Positions 28,602 through 42,336 of a DNA stretch of 64,000 nucleotides are shown here, piece by piece. The stretch is from Azolla caroliniana (Eukaryota > Plantae > Polypodiophyta). The notes below the pieces were generated by a model. That model was not told the DNA's origin. It saw only the letters and a program-made list of their open reading frames with translations, and searched no databases. The position numbers were made by a program, and so were the translations under genes. The stretch spans positions 8,005-72,004 of the forward strand of contig JBHGNT010000127.1 in the NCBI GenBank assembly GCA_043228905.1, written 5' to 3'. Positions within the stretch are counted from its first letter, which is position 1; each line of letters starts with the position of its first letter.

Positions 28602-31600
28602 GATTCGCATGTTTGTACACAAAAAGCCGATATCACACTTGCTAGGTATGAACATTTTAATTTACTCAAGTGCTCCTCTCAACTCACTACACAAATTTGG
28701 TAATTTCGTCATGCCTCTCGACCTGAGTTTCCAAATCTTGATGTTTTAATTCCATATCATAGCTAGCGTTGTTAGCTTCGATTCGCATGTTTGTACACAA
28801 AAATCCGATATCACACTCGCCAGGTATGAACATTTTAATTTACCTACTAGCTCTTCCAACCTCACTCCTCTAATTTGGTAATTTCGTCATGTCTCTCGAC
28901 CTGAGTTTCAAAATCTTGATTTTTTATTTCCATATCAGAGCTAGCGTTGTTAGCTTCGATTCGCATGTTTGAACACAAAAATCCGATATCACACTCGCCA
29001 GGTATGAACATTTTAATTTACTCAAGGGCTCCTCTCAACTCACTCCTCAACTTTGGTAATTTCGTCATGTCTCTCGACCTGAGTTTCAAAATCTTGATTT
29101 TTTAATTCCATATCATAGCTAGCGTTGTTAGCTTCGATTCGCATGTTTGTACATAAAAAGCCGATGTCACACTCGCTAGGTATGAACATTTTAATTTACT
29201 CAAGGGCTCCTCTCAACTCACTCCTCTAATTTGGTAATTTCGTCATGTCTCTCGACCTGAGTTTCAAAATCTTGATTTTTTAATTCCATATCATAGCTAG
29301 CGTTGTTAGCTTCGATTCGCATGTTTGAACACAAAAATCCGATATCACACTCGCCAGGTATGAACATTTTAATTTACCTACTAGCTCTTCCCAACTCACT
29401 CCTCAAATTTTGTAATTTCGTCATGTCTCTCGACCTGAGTTTCAAAATCTTGATTTTTTAATTCCATATCATAGCTAGCGTTGTTAGCTTCGATTCGCAT
29501 GTTTGAACACAAAAATCCGATATCACAGTCGCTAGGTATGAACATTTTAATTTACTCAAGGGCTCCTCTCAACTCACTCCTCAAATTTGGTAATTTCGTC
29601 ATGTCTCTGGACCTGATATCACACTCGCCATGTATGAACATTTTAATTTACCTACTAGCTCTTCGAACCTCACTCCTCAAATTTGGTAATTTAGTCTTGT
29701 CTCTCGACCTGAGTTTCAAAATGTAGATTTTCTAATTCCATAACATAGCTAGCGTTGTTAGCTTCGATTCGCATGTTTGAACACAAAAATCCGATATCAC
29801 ACGAGCAAGGTATGACAATTTTAATTTACCTACTAGCTCTTCAAACCTCACTCCTCAAATTTGGTAATTTCGTCTTATCTCTCGACCTGAGTTTCAAAAT
29901 GTAGATTTTCTAGTTCCATATCATAGCTAGCGTTGTTAGCTTCGATTCGCATGTTTGAACACAAAAATCCGATATCACACGAGGAAGGTATGAACATTTT
30001 AATTTACCTACTAGTTCTTCAAACCTCACTCCTCAAATTTGGTAATTTCGTCATGTCTCTCGATCTGAGTTTTTAAAATCTTGATTTTTTAATTCCATAT
30101 CATAGCTAGCGTTGTCAGCTTCGATTCGCATGTTTGTACACAAAAATCCGATATCACACTTGCTAGGTATGAACATTTTAATTTACTCAAGTGCTCCTCT
30201 CAACTCACTACTCAAATTTGGTAATTTCTTCATGTCGCTCGACCTGAGTTTCAAAATCTTGATATTTTAATTTCACATCATAGCTAGCGTTGTTAGCTTC
30301 AATTCACATGTTTGAACACAAAAATCCGATATCACTCTCGCCTGGTATGAACATTTTAATTTACTCAAGGGCTCCTCTAAACTCACTACTAAAATTTGGT
30401 AATTTCGTCATGTCTCTCGACCTAAGTTTCAAAATCTTGAATTTTTAATTCCTTATCATAGCTAGCGTTGTTAGCTTCGATTCGCATGTTTGTATATAAA
30501 AAGCCGATATCACACTCGGTAGGTATGAACATTTTAATTTACTCAAGGGCTCCTCTCAACTCACTCCTCTACTTTGGTAATTTCGTCATGTCTCTCGACC
30601 TGAGTCTCAAAAGCTAGATTTTCTAATTCCATATCATAGCTAGCGTTGTTAGCTTCGATTCGCATGTTTGAACACAAAAATCCGATATCACACTCGCCAG
30701 GTATGAACATTTTAATTTACCTACTAGCTCTTCCCAACTCACTCCTCAAATTTGCTAATTTCGTCATGTCTCTCGAGTTGAGTTTCAAAATCTTGATATT
30801 TTAATTCCATATCATAGCTAGCGTTGTTAGCTTCGATTCGCATGTTTGAACACAAAAATCCGATATCACACTCGCTAGGTATGAACATTTTAATTTACTC
30901 AAGGGCTCCTCTCAACTCACTCCTCAAATTTAGTAATTTCGTCATGTCTCTAGACCTGAGTTTCAAAATCTTGATTTTTTAATTCCATATCATAGCTAGT
31001 GTTGTTAGCTTCGATTCGCATGTTTGAGCACAAACATCCGATATCACACTCGCCACGTATGAACATTTTTATTTACCTACTAGCTCTTCAAACCTCACTC
31101 CTCAATTTTGGTAATTTCGTCATGTCTCTCGACCTGAGTTTCAAAATCTAGATTTTCTAATTCCATATCATAGCGAGGGTTGTTAGCTTCGATTCGCATG
31201 TTTGAACACAAAAATCCGATATCACACGAGCCAGGTATGAACATTTTAATTTACCTGCTAGCTCTTCCAACCTCACTCCTCAATTTTGGTAATTTCGTCA
31301 TGTCTCTCGACCTGAGTTTCAAAATCTTGATTTTTTAATTCCATATCATAGCTAACGTTGTCAACTTCGATTCGCACGTTTGTACACAAAAATCCGATAT
31401 CACACTCGCTAGGTATGAACATTTTAATTTACTCAAGGGCTCCTCTCAACTCACTCCTCTAATTTGGTAATTTCGTCATGTCTCTCGACCTGAGTTTGAA
31501 AATCTTGATTTTTTAATTCCATATCATAGCTAGCGTTGTTAGCTTTGATTCGCATGTTTGACCACAAAAATCCGATATCACACGAGCCAGGTATGAACAT

Positions 31601-34600
31601 TTTAATTTACCTACTAGCTCTTCCCAACTCACTCCTCAAATTTGCTAATTTCGTCATGTCTCTCGATCTGAGTTTTCAAAATCTTGATTTTTTAATTCCA
31701 TATCATAGCTAGCGTTGTGAGCTTCGATTCGCATGTTTGTACACAAAAATCCGATATCACACTCGCTAGGTATGAACATTTTAATTTACTCAAGGGCTCC
31801 TCTCAACTCACTCCTCAAATTTGGTAATTTCGTCATGTCTCTCGACCTGAGTTTGAAAATCTTGATTTTTTAATTCCATATCATAGCTAGCATTGTTAGC
31901 TTCGATTCGCATGTTTGAACACAAAAATCCGATATCACACTCGCCAGGTATGAACATTTTAATTTACCTACTAGCTCTTCCCAACTCACTCCTCAAATTT
32001 GGTTATTTCGTCATGTCTCTCGACCTGAGTTTCAAAATCTTGATTTTTTAATTCCATATCATAGCTAACGTTGTCAACTTCGATTCGCACGTTTGTACAC
32101 AAAAATCCGATATCACACTCGCTAGGTATGAACATTTTAATTTACTCAAGGGCTCCTCTCAACTCACTCCTCTAATTTGGTAATTTCGTCATGTCTCTCG
32201 ACCTGAGTTTGAAAATCTTGATTTTTTAATTCCATATCATAGCTAGTGTTGTTAGCTTCGATTCGCATGTTTGAACACAAAAATCCGATATCACACTCGC
32301 CAGGTATGAACATTTTAATTTACGTACTAGCTCTTCCCAACTCACTCCTCAAATTTGGTAATTTCGTCATGTCTCTCGACCTGAGTTTGAAAATCTTGAT
32401 TTTTTAATTCCATATCATAGCGAGGGTTGTTAGCTTCGATTCGCATGTTTGAACACAAAAATCCGATATCACACGAGCCAGGTATGAACATTTTAATTTA
32501 CCGACTAGCTCTTCCAACCTCACTCCTCAAATTTGGTAATTTCGTCATGTCTCTTGATCTGACTATTCAAAATCTTGATTTTTTAATTCCATATCATAGC
32601 TAGCGTTGTTAGCTTCGATTCGCATGTTTGTACACAAAAATCCGATATCACACTTGCTAGGTATGAACATTTTAATTTACTCAAGTGCTCCTCTCAACTC
32701 ACTACTCAAATTTGGTAATTTCGTCATGTCTCTGGACCTGAGTTTCAGAATCTTGATTTTTTAATTTCATATCATAGGTAGCGTTGTTAGCTCCGATTCG
32801 CATGTTTGAACACAAAAATCCGATATCACACTCGCCTGGCATGAACATTTTAATTTACTCAAGTGCTCCTCTCAACTCACTACTCAAATTTGGTAATTTC
32901 TTCATGTCGCTCGACCTGAGTTTCAAAATCTTGATTTTTTAATTCCATATCATAGCTAGCGTTGTTAGCTTCGATTCGCAAGTTTGAGCACAAACATCCG
33001 ATATCATACTCGCCAGGTATGAACATTTTAATTTACCTACTAGCTCTTCCCAACTCACTCCTCTAATTTGGTAATTTTGTCATGTCTCTCGACCTGAGTT
33101 TCAAAATCTTGATTTTTTAATTCCATATCAGAGCTAGTGTTGTCAGCTTGGATTCGCATGTTTGTACACAAAAAGCCGATATCACACTTGCTAGGTATGA
33201 ACATTTTAATTTACTCAAGTGCTCCTCTCAACTCACTACACAAATTTGGTAATTTCGTCATGCCTCTCGACCTGAGTTTCCAAATCTTGATGTTTTAATT
33301 CCATATCATAGCTAGCGTTGTTAGCTTCGATTCGCATGTTTGTACACAAAAATCCGATATCACACTCGCCAGGTATGAACATTTTAATTTACCTACTAGC
33401 TCTTCCAACCTCACTCCTCTAATTTGGTAATTTCGTCATGTCTCTCGACCTGAGTTTCAAAATCTTGATTTTTTATTTCCATATCAGAGCTAGCGTTGTT
33501 AGCTTCGATTCGCATGTTTGAACACAAAAATCCGATATCACACTCGCCAGGTATGAACATTTTAATTTACTCAAGGGCTCCTCTCAACTCACTCCTCAAC
33601 TTTGGTAATTTCGTCATGTCTCTCGACCTGAGTTTCAAAATCTTGATTTTTTAATTCCATATCATAGCTAGCGTTGTTAGCTTCGATTCGCATGTTTGTA
33701 CATAAAAAGCCGATGTCACACTCGCTAGGTATGAACATTTTAATTTACTCAAGGGCTCCTCTCAACTCACTCCTCTAATTTGGTAATTTCGTCATGTCTC
33801 TCGACCTGAGTTTCAAAATCTTGATTTTTTAATTCCATATCATAGCTAGCGTTGTTAGCTTCGATTCGCATGTTTGAACACAAAAATCCGATATCACACT
33901 CGCCAGGTATGAACATTTTAATTTACCTACTAGCTCTTCCCAACTCACTCCTCAAATTTTGTAATTTCGTCATGTCTCTCGACCTGAGTTTCAAAATCTT
34001 GATTTTTTAATTCCATATCATAGCTAGCGTTGTTAGCTTCGATTCGCATGTTTGAACACAAAAATCCGATATCACAGTCGCTAGGTATGAACATTTTAAT
34101 TTACTCAAGGGCTCCTCTCAACTCACTCCTCAAATTTGGTAATTTCGTCATGTCTCTGGACCTGATATCACACTCGCCATGTATGAACATTTTAATTTAC
34201 CTACTAGCTCTTCGAACCTCACTCCTCAAATTTGGTAATTTAGTCTTGTCTCTCGACCTGAGTTTCAAAATGTAGATTTTCTAATTCCATAACATAGCTA
34301 GCGTTGTTAGCTTCGATTCGCATGTTTGAACACAAAAATCCGATATCACACGAGCAAGGTATGACAATTTTAATTTACCTACTAGCTCTTCAAACCTCAC
34401 TCCTCAAATTTGGTAATTTCGTCTTATCTCTCGACCTGAGTTTCAAAATGTAGATTTTCTAGTTCCATATCATAGCTAGCGTTGTTAGCTTCGATTCGCA
34501 TGTTTGAACACAAAAATCCGATATCACACGAGGAAGGTATGAACATTTTAATTTACCTACTAGTTCTTCAAACCTCACTCCTCAAATTTGGTAATTTCGT

Positions 34601-37600
34601 CATGTCTCTCGATCTGAGTTTTTAAAATCTTGATTTTTTAATTCCATATCATAGCTAGCGTTGTCAGCTTCGATTCGCATGTTTGTACACAAAAATCCGA
34701 TATCACACTTGCTAGGTATGAACATTTTAATTTACTCAAGTGCTCCTCTCAACTCACTACTCAAATTTGGTAATTTCTTCATGTCGCTCGACCTGAGTTT
34801 CAAAATCTTGATATTTTAATTTCACATCATAGCTAGCGTTGTTAGCTTCAATTCACATGTTTGAACACAAAAATCCGATATCACTCTCGCCTGGTATGAA
34901 CATTTTAATTTACTCAAGGGCTCCTCTAAACTCACTACTAAAATTTGGTAATTTCGTCATGTCTCTCGACCTAAGTTTCAAAATCTTGAATTTTTAATTC
35001 CTTATCATAGCTAGCGTTGTTAGCTTCGATTCGCATGTTTGTATATAAAAAGCCGATATCACACTCGGTAGGTATGAACATTTTAATTTACTCAAGGGCT
35101 CCTCTCAACTCACTCCTCTACTTTGGTAATTTCGTCATGTCTCTCGACCTGAGTCTCAAAAGCTAGATTTTCTAATTCCATATCATAGCTAGCGTTGTTA
35201 GCTTCGATTCGCATGTTTGAACACAAAAATCCGATATCACACTCGCCAGGTATGAACATTTTAATTTACCTACTAGCTCTTCCCAACTCACTCCTCAAAT
35301 TTGCTAATTTCGTCATGTCTCTCGAGTTGAGTTTCAAAATCTTGATATTTTAATTCCATATCATAGCTAGCGTTGTTAGCTTCGATTCGCATGTTTGAAC
35401 ACAAAAATCCGATATCACACTCGCTAGGTATGAACATTTTAATTTACTCAAGGGCTCCTCTCAACTCACTCCTCAAATTTAGTAATTTCGTCATGTCTCT
35501 AGACCTGAGTTTCAAAATCTTGATTTTTTAATTCCATATCATAGCTAGTGTTGTTAGCTTCGATTCGCATGTTTGAGCACAAACATCCGATATCACACTC
35601 GCCACGTATGAACATTTTTATTTACCTACTAGCTCTTCAAACCTCACTCCTCAATTTTGGTAATTTCGTCATGTCTCTCGACCTGAGTTTCAAAATCTAG
35701 ATTTTCTAATTCCATATCATAGCGAGGGTTGTTAGCTTCGATTCGCATGTTTGAACACAAAAATCCGATATCACACGAGCCAGGTATGAACATTTTAATT
35801 TACCTGCTAGCTCTTCCAACCTCACTCCTCAATTTTGGTAATTTCGTCATGTCTCTCGACCTGAGTTTCAAAATCTTGATTTTTTAATTCCATATCATAG
35901 CTAACGTTGTCAACTTCGATTCGCACGTTTGTACACAAAAATCCGATATCACACTCGCTAGGTATGAACATTTTAATTTACTCAAGGGCTCCTCTCAACT
36001 CACTCCTCTAATTTGGTAATTTCGTCATGTCTCTCGACCTGAGTTTGAAAATCTTGATTTTTTAATTCCATATCATAGCTAGCGTTGTTAGCTTTGATTC
36101 GCATGTTTGACCACAAAAATCCGATATCACACGAGCCAGGTATGAACATTTTAATTTACCTACTAGCTCTTCCCAACTCACTCCTCAAATTTGCTAATTT
36201 CGTCATGTCTCTCGATCTGAGTTTTCAAAATCTTGATTTTTTAATTCCATATCATAGCTAGCGTTGTGAGCTTCGATTCGCATGTTTGTACACAAAAATC
36301 CGATATCACACTCGCTAGGTATGAACATTTTAATTTACTCAAGGGCTCCTCTCAACTCACTCCTCAAATTTGGTAATTTCGTCATGTCTCTCGACCTGAG
36401 TTTGAAAATCTTGATTTTTTAATTCCATATCATAGCTAGCATTGTTAGCTTCGATTCGCATGTTTGAACACAAAAATCCGATATCACACTCGCCAGGTAT
36501 GAACATTTTAATTTACCTACTAGCTCTTCCCAACTCACTCCTCAAATTTGGTTATTTCGTCATGTCTCTCGACCTGAGTTTCAAAATCTTGATTTTTTAA
36601 TTCCATATCATAGCTAACGTTGTCAACTTCGATTCGCACGTTTGTACACAAAAATCCGATATCACACTCGCTAGGTATGAACATTTTAATTTACTCAAGG
36701 GCTCCTCTCAACTCACTCCTCTAATTTGGTAATTTCGTCATGTCTCTCGACCTGAGTTTGAAAATCTTGATTTTTTAATTCCATATCATAGCTAGTGTTG
36801 TTAGCTTCGATTCGCATGTTTGAACACAAAAATCCGATATCACACTCGCCAGGTATGAACATTTTAATTTACGTACTAGCTCTTCCCAACTCACTCCTCA
36901 AATTTGGTAATTTCGTCATGTCTCTCGACCTGAGTTTGAAAATCTTGATTTTTTAATTCCATATCATAGCGAGGGTTGTTAGCTTCGATTCGCATGTTTG
37001 AACACAAAAATCCGATATCACACGAGCCAGGTATGAACATTTTAATTTACCGACTAGCTCTTCCAACCTCACTCCTCAAATTTGGTAATTTCGTCATGTC
37101 TCTTGATCTGACTATTCAAAATCTTGATTTTTTAATTCCATATCATAGCTAGCGTTGTTAGCTTCGATTCGCATGTTTGTACACAAAAATCCGATATCAC
37201 ACTTGCTAGGTATGAACATTTTAATTTACTCAAGTGCTCCTCTCAACTCACTACTCAAATTTGGTAATTTCGTCATGTCTCTGGACCTGAGTTTCAGAAT
37301 CTTGATTTTTTAATTTCATATCATAGGTAGCGTTGTTAGCTCCGATTCGCATGTTTGAACACAAAAATCCGATATCACACTCGCCTGGCATGAACATTTT
37401 AATTTACTCAAGTGCTCCTCTCAACTCACTACTCAAATTTGGTAATTTCTTCATGTCGCTCGACCTGAGTTTCAAAATCTTGATTTTTTAATTCCATATC
37501 ATAGCTAGCGTTGTTAGCTTCGATTCGCAAGTTTGAGCACAAACATCCGATATCATACTCGCCAGGTATGAACATTTTAATTTACCTACTAGCTCTTCCC

Positions 37601-37788
37601 AACTCACTCCTCTAATTTGGTAATTTTGTCATGTCTCTCGACCTGAGTTTCAAAATCTTGATTTTTTAATTCCATATCAGAGCTAGTGTTGTCAGCTTGG
37701 ATTCGCATGTTTGTACACAAAAAGCCGATATCACACTTGCTAGGTATGAACATTTTAATTTACTCAAGTGCTCCTCTCAACTCACTAC
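28602..37788 (+). repeat. Apparently perfect tandem duplication of a 4549-bp, 26-monomer unit
   Basis: Private variants repeat at +4549: ctacacaaa 28691/33240, gacctgatatc junction 29615/34164, gaggaaggta, aaagctagatt, gactattcaa; identical ORFs at 29481/34030. 4549 = 22 x 178 + 3 x 179 + 96. Confidence 0.95.
29519..29614 (+). repeat. 96-bp truncated unit (82-bp deletion); second copy 34068-34163
   Basis: tctctggacct(ga)tatcacactcgcc: junction at a 2-bp GA microhomology. Confidence 0.93.
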
Positions 37789-40700
37789 TCAAATTTGGTA
37801 ATTTCGTCATGCCTCTCGACCTGAGTTTCCAAATCTTGATTTTTTAATTCCATATCATAGGTAGCGTTGTGAGCTTCGATTCGCATGTTTGTACACAAAA
37901 ATCCGATATCACACTCGCTAGGTATGAACATTTTAATTTACTCAAGGGCTCCTCTCAACTCACTCCTCAAATTTTGTAATTTCGTCATGTCTCTCGACCT
38001 GAGTTTGAAAATCTTGACTTTTTAATTCCATATCATACCTAGCGTTGTTAGCTTCGATTCGCATGTTTGAACACAAAAATCCGATATCACACTTGCTAGG
38101 TATGAACATTTTAATTTACTCAAGTGCTCCTCTCAACTCACTACTCAAATTTGGTAATTTCTTCATGTCGCTCGACCTGAGTTTCAAAATCTTGATTTTT
38201 TAATTCCATATCATAGCTAGCGTTGTTAGCTTCGATTCGCAAGTTTGAGCACAAACATCCGATATCATACTCGCCAGGTATGAACATTTTAATTTACCTA
38301 CTAGCTCTTCCCAACTCACTCCTCTAATTTGGTAATTTTGTCATGTCTCTCGACCTGAGTTTCAAAATCTTGATTTTTTAATTCCATATCAGAGCTAGCG
38401 TTGTCAGCTTTGATTCGCATGTTTGTACACAAAAAGCCGATATCACACTTGCTAGGTATGAACATTTTAATTTACTCAAGTGCTCCTCTCAACTCACTAC
38501 TCAAATTTGGTAATTTCGTCATGCCTCTCGACCTGAGTTTCCAAATCTTGATTTTTTAATTCCATATCATAGCTAGCGTTGTGAGCTTCGATTCGCATGT
38601 TTGTACACAAAAATCCGATATCACACTCGCTAGGTATGAACATTTTAATTTACTCAAGGGCTCCTCTCAACTCACTCCTCAAATTTGGTAATTTCGTCAT
38701 GTCTCTCGACCTGAGTTTGAAAATCTTGATTTTTTAATTCCATATCATAGCTAGCATTGTTAGCTTCGATTCGCATGTTTGAACACAAAAATCCGATATC
38801 ACACTCGCCAGGTATGAACATTTTAATTTACCTACTAGCTCTTCCCAACTCACTCCTCAAATTTGGTTATTTCGTCATGTCTCTCGACCTGAGTTTCAAA
38901 ATCTTGATTTTTTAATTCCATATCATAGCTAACGTTGTCAACTTCGATTCGCACGTTTGTACACAAAAATCCGATATCACACTCGCTAGGTATGAACATT
39001 TTAATTTACTCAAGGGCTCCTCTCAACTCACTCCTCTAATTTGGTAATTTCGTCATGTCTCTCGACCTGAGTTTGAAAATCTTGATTTTTTAATTCCATA
39101 TCATAGCTAGTGTTGTTAGCTTCGATTCGCATGTTTGAACACAAAAATCCGATATCACACTCGCCAGGTATGAACATTTTAATTTACGTACTAGCTCTTC
39201 CCAACTCACTCCTCAAATTTGGTAATTTCGTCATGTCTCTCGACCTGAGTTTGAAAATCTTGATTTTTTAATTCCATATCATAGCGAGGGTTGTTAGCTT
39301 CGATTCGCATGTTTGAACACAAAAATCCGATATCACACGAGCCAGGTATGAACATTTTAATTTACCGACTAGCTCTTCCAACCTCACTCCTCAAATTTGG
39401 TAATTTCGTCATGTCTCTTGATCTGACTATTCAAAATCTTGATTTTTTAATTCCATATCATAGCTAGCGTTGTTAGCTTCGATTCGCATGTTTGTACACA
39501 AAAATCCGATATCACACTTGCTAGGTATGAACATTTTAATTTACTCAAGTGCTCCTCTCAACTCACTACTCAAATTTGGTAATTTCGTCATGTCTCTCGA
39601 CCTGAGTTTCAGAATCTTGATTTTTTAATTTCATATCATAGGTAGCGTTGTTAGCTCCGATTCGCATGTTTGAACACAAAAATCCGATATCACACTCGCC
39701 TGGCATGAACATTTTAATTTACTCAAGTGCTCCTCTCAACTCACTACTCAAATTTGGTAATTTCTTCATGTCGCTCGACCTGAGTTTCAAAATCTTGATT
39801 TTTTAATTCCATATCATAGCTAGCGTTGTTAGCTTCGATTCGCAAGTTTGAGCACAAACATCCGATATCATACTCGCCAGGTATGAACATTTTAATTTAC
39901 CTACTAGCTCTTCCCAACTCACTCCTCTAATTTGGTAATTTTGTCATGTCTCTCGACCTGAGTTTCAAAATCTTGATTTTTTAATTCCATATCAGAGCTA
40001 GTGTTGTCAGCTTGGATTCGCATGTTTGTACACAAAAAGCCGATATCACACTTGCTAGGTATGAACATTTTAATTTACTCAAGTGCTCCTCTCAACTCAC
40101 TACTCAAATTTGGTAATTTCGTCATGCCTCTCGACCTGAGTTTCCAAATCTTGATTTTTTAATTCCATATCATAGGTAGCGTTGTGAGCTTCGATTCGCA
40201 TGTTTGTACACAAAAATCCGATATCACACTCGCTAGGTATGAACATTTTAATTTACTCAAGGGCTCCTCTCAACTCACTCCTCAAATTTTGTAATTTCGT
40301 CATGTCTCTCGACCTGAGTTTGAAAATCTTGACTTTTTAATTCCATATCATATCTAGCGTTGTTAGCTTCGATTCGCATGTTTGAACACAAAAATCCGAT
40401 ATCACACTTGCTAGGTATGAACATTTTAATTTACTCAAGTGCTCCTCTCAACTCACTACTCAAATTTGGTAATTTCTTCATGTCGCTCGACCTGAGTTTC
40501 AAAATCTTGATTTTTTAATTCCATATCATAGCTAGCGTTGTTAGCTTCGATTCGCAAGTTTGAGCACAAACATCCGATATCATACTCGCCAGGTATGAAC
40601 ATTTTAATTTACCTACTAGCTCTTCCCAACTCACTCCTCTAATTTGGTAATTTTGTCATGTCTCTCGACCTGAGTTTCAAAATCTTGATTTTTTAATTCC

Positions 40701-41000
40701 ATATCAGAGCTAGCGTTGTCAGCTTTGATTCGCATGTTTGTACACAAAAAGCCGATATCACACTTGCTAGGTATGAACATTTTAATTTACTCAAGTGCTC
40801 CTCTCAACTCACTACTCAAATTTGGTAATTTCGTCATGCCTCTCGACCTGAGTTTCCAAATCTTGATTTTTTAATTCCATATCATAGCTAGCGTTGTGAG
40901 CTTCGATTCGCATGTTTGTACACAAAAATCCGATATCACACTCGCTAGGTATGAACATTTTAATTTACTCAAGGGCTCCTCTCAACTCACTCCTCAAATT
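36230..41000 (+). repeat. Tandem 13-mer higher-order repeat (2315 bp x 2), overlapping the end of the 4549-bp duplication
   Basis: gctagtg 36791/39106, tcttgatctgactatt 37101/39416, gtagcgttgtgag 37861/40176 (offset 2315 = 13 x 178 + 1). Confidence 0.92.
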
Positions 41001-42336
41001 TTGTAATTTCGTCATGTCTCTCGACCTGAGTTTGAAAATCTTGACTTTTTAATTCCATATCATATCTAGCGTTGTTAGCTTCGATTCGCATGTTTGAACA
41101 CAAAAAACCGATATCACACTCGCTAGGTATGAACATTTTAATTTACTCAAGGGCTCCTCTCAACTCACTCCTCAAATTTGGTAATTTCGTCATGTCTCTG
41201 GACCTGAGTTTCAAAATCTTGATTTTTTAATTCCATATCATAGCTAACGTTGTCATCTTCGATTCGCACGTTTGTACACAAAAATCCGATATCACACTCG
41301 CTAGGTATGAACATTTTAATTTACTCAAGGGCTCCTCTCAACTCACTCCTCTAATTTGGTAATTTCGTCATGTCTCTCGACCTGAGATTCAAAATATTGA
41401 TTTTTTAATTCCATATCATAGCTAGCGTTGTTAGCTTCGATTCGCATGTTTGAGCACAAACATCCGATATAATACTCGCCAGGTATGAACATTTCAATTT
41501 ACCTACTAGCTCTTCCCAACTCACTCCTCTAATTTGGTAATTTTGTCATGTCTCTCGACCTGAGTTTCAAAATCTTGATTTTTTAATTCCATATCATAGC
41601 TAGCAGTGTTAGCTTCGATTCGCATGTTTGTACACAAAAAGCCGATATCACACTTGCTAGGTATGAACATTTTAATTTACTCAAGTGCTCCTCTCAACTC
41701 ACTACTCAAATTTGGTAATTTCGTCATGCCTCTCGACCTGAGTTTCCAAATCTTGATTTTTTAATTCCATATCATAGCTAGCGTTGTGAGCTTCGATTCG
41801 CATGTTTGTACACAAAAATCCGATATCACACTCGATAGGTATGAACATTTTAATTTACTCAAGGGCTTCTCTCAACTCACTCCTCAAATTTTGTAATTTC
41901 GTCATGTCTCTCGACCTGAGTTTGAAAATCTTGACTTTTTAATTCCATAACATATCTAGCGTTGTTAGCTTCGATTCGCATGTTTGAACACAAAAAACCG
42001 ATATCACACTCGCTAGGTATGAACATTTTAATTTACTCAAGGGCTCCTCCCAACTCACTCCTCAAATTTGGTTATTTCGTCATGTCTCTCGGCCTGAGTT
42101 TCAAAATCTTGATTTTTTAATTCCATATCATAGCTAACGTTGTCAACTTCGATTCGCACGTTTGTACACAAAAATCCGATATCACACTCGCTAGGTATGA
42201 ACATTTTAATTTACTCAAGGGCTCCTCTCAACTCACTCCTCTAATTTGGTAATTTCGTCATGTATCTCGACCTGAGTTTCAAAATCTTGATTTTTTAATT
42301 CCATATCATAGCTAGCGTTGTTAGCTTCGATTCGCA

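Noticed and set aside
29481-34275. Two identical 81-aa ORFs
   Set aside because: By-products of the 96-bp in-frame truncated unit and the 4549-bp duplication.
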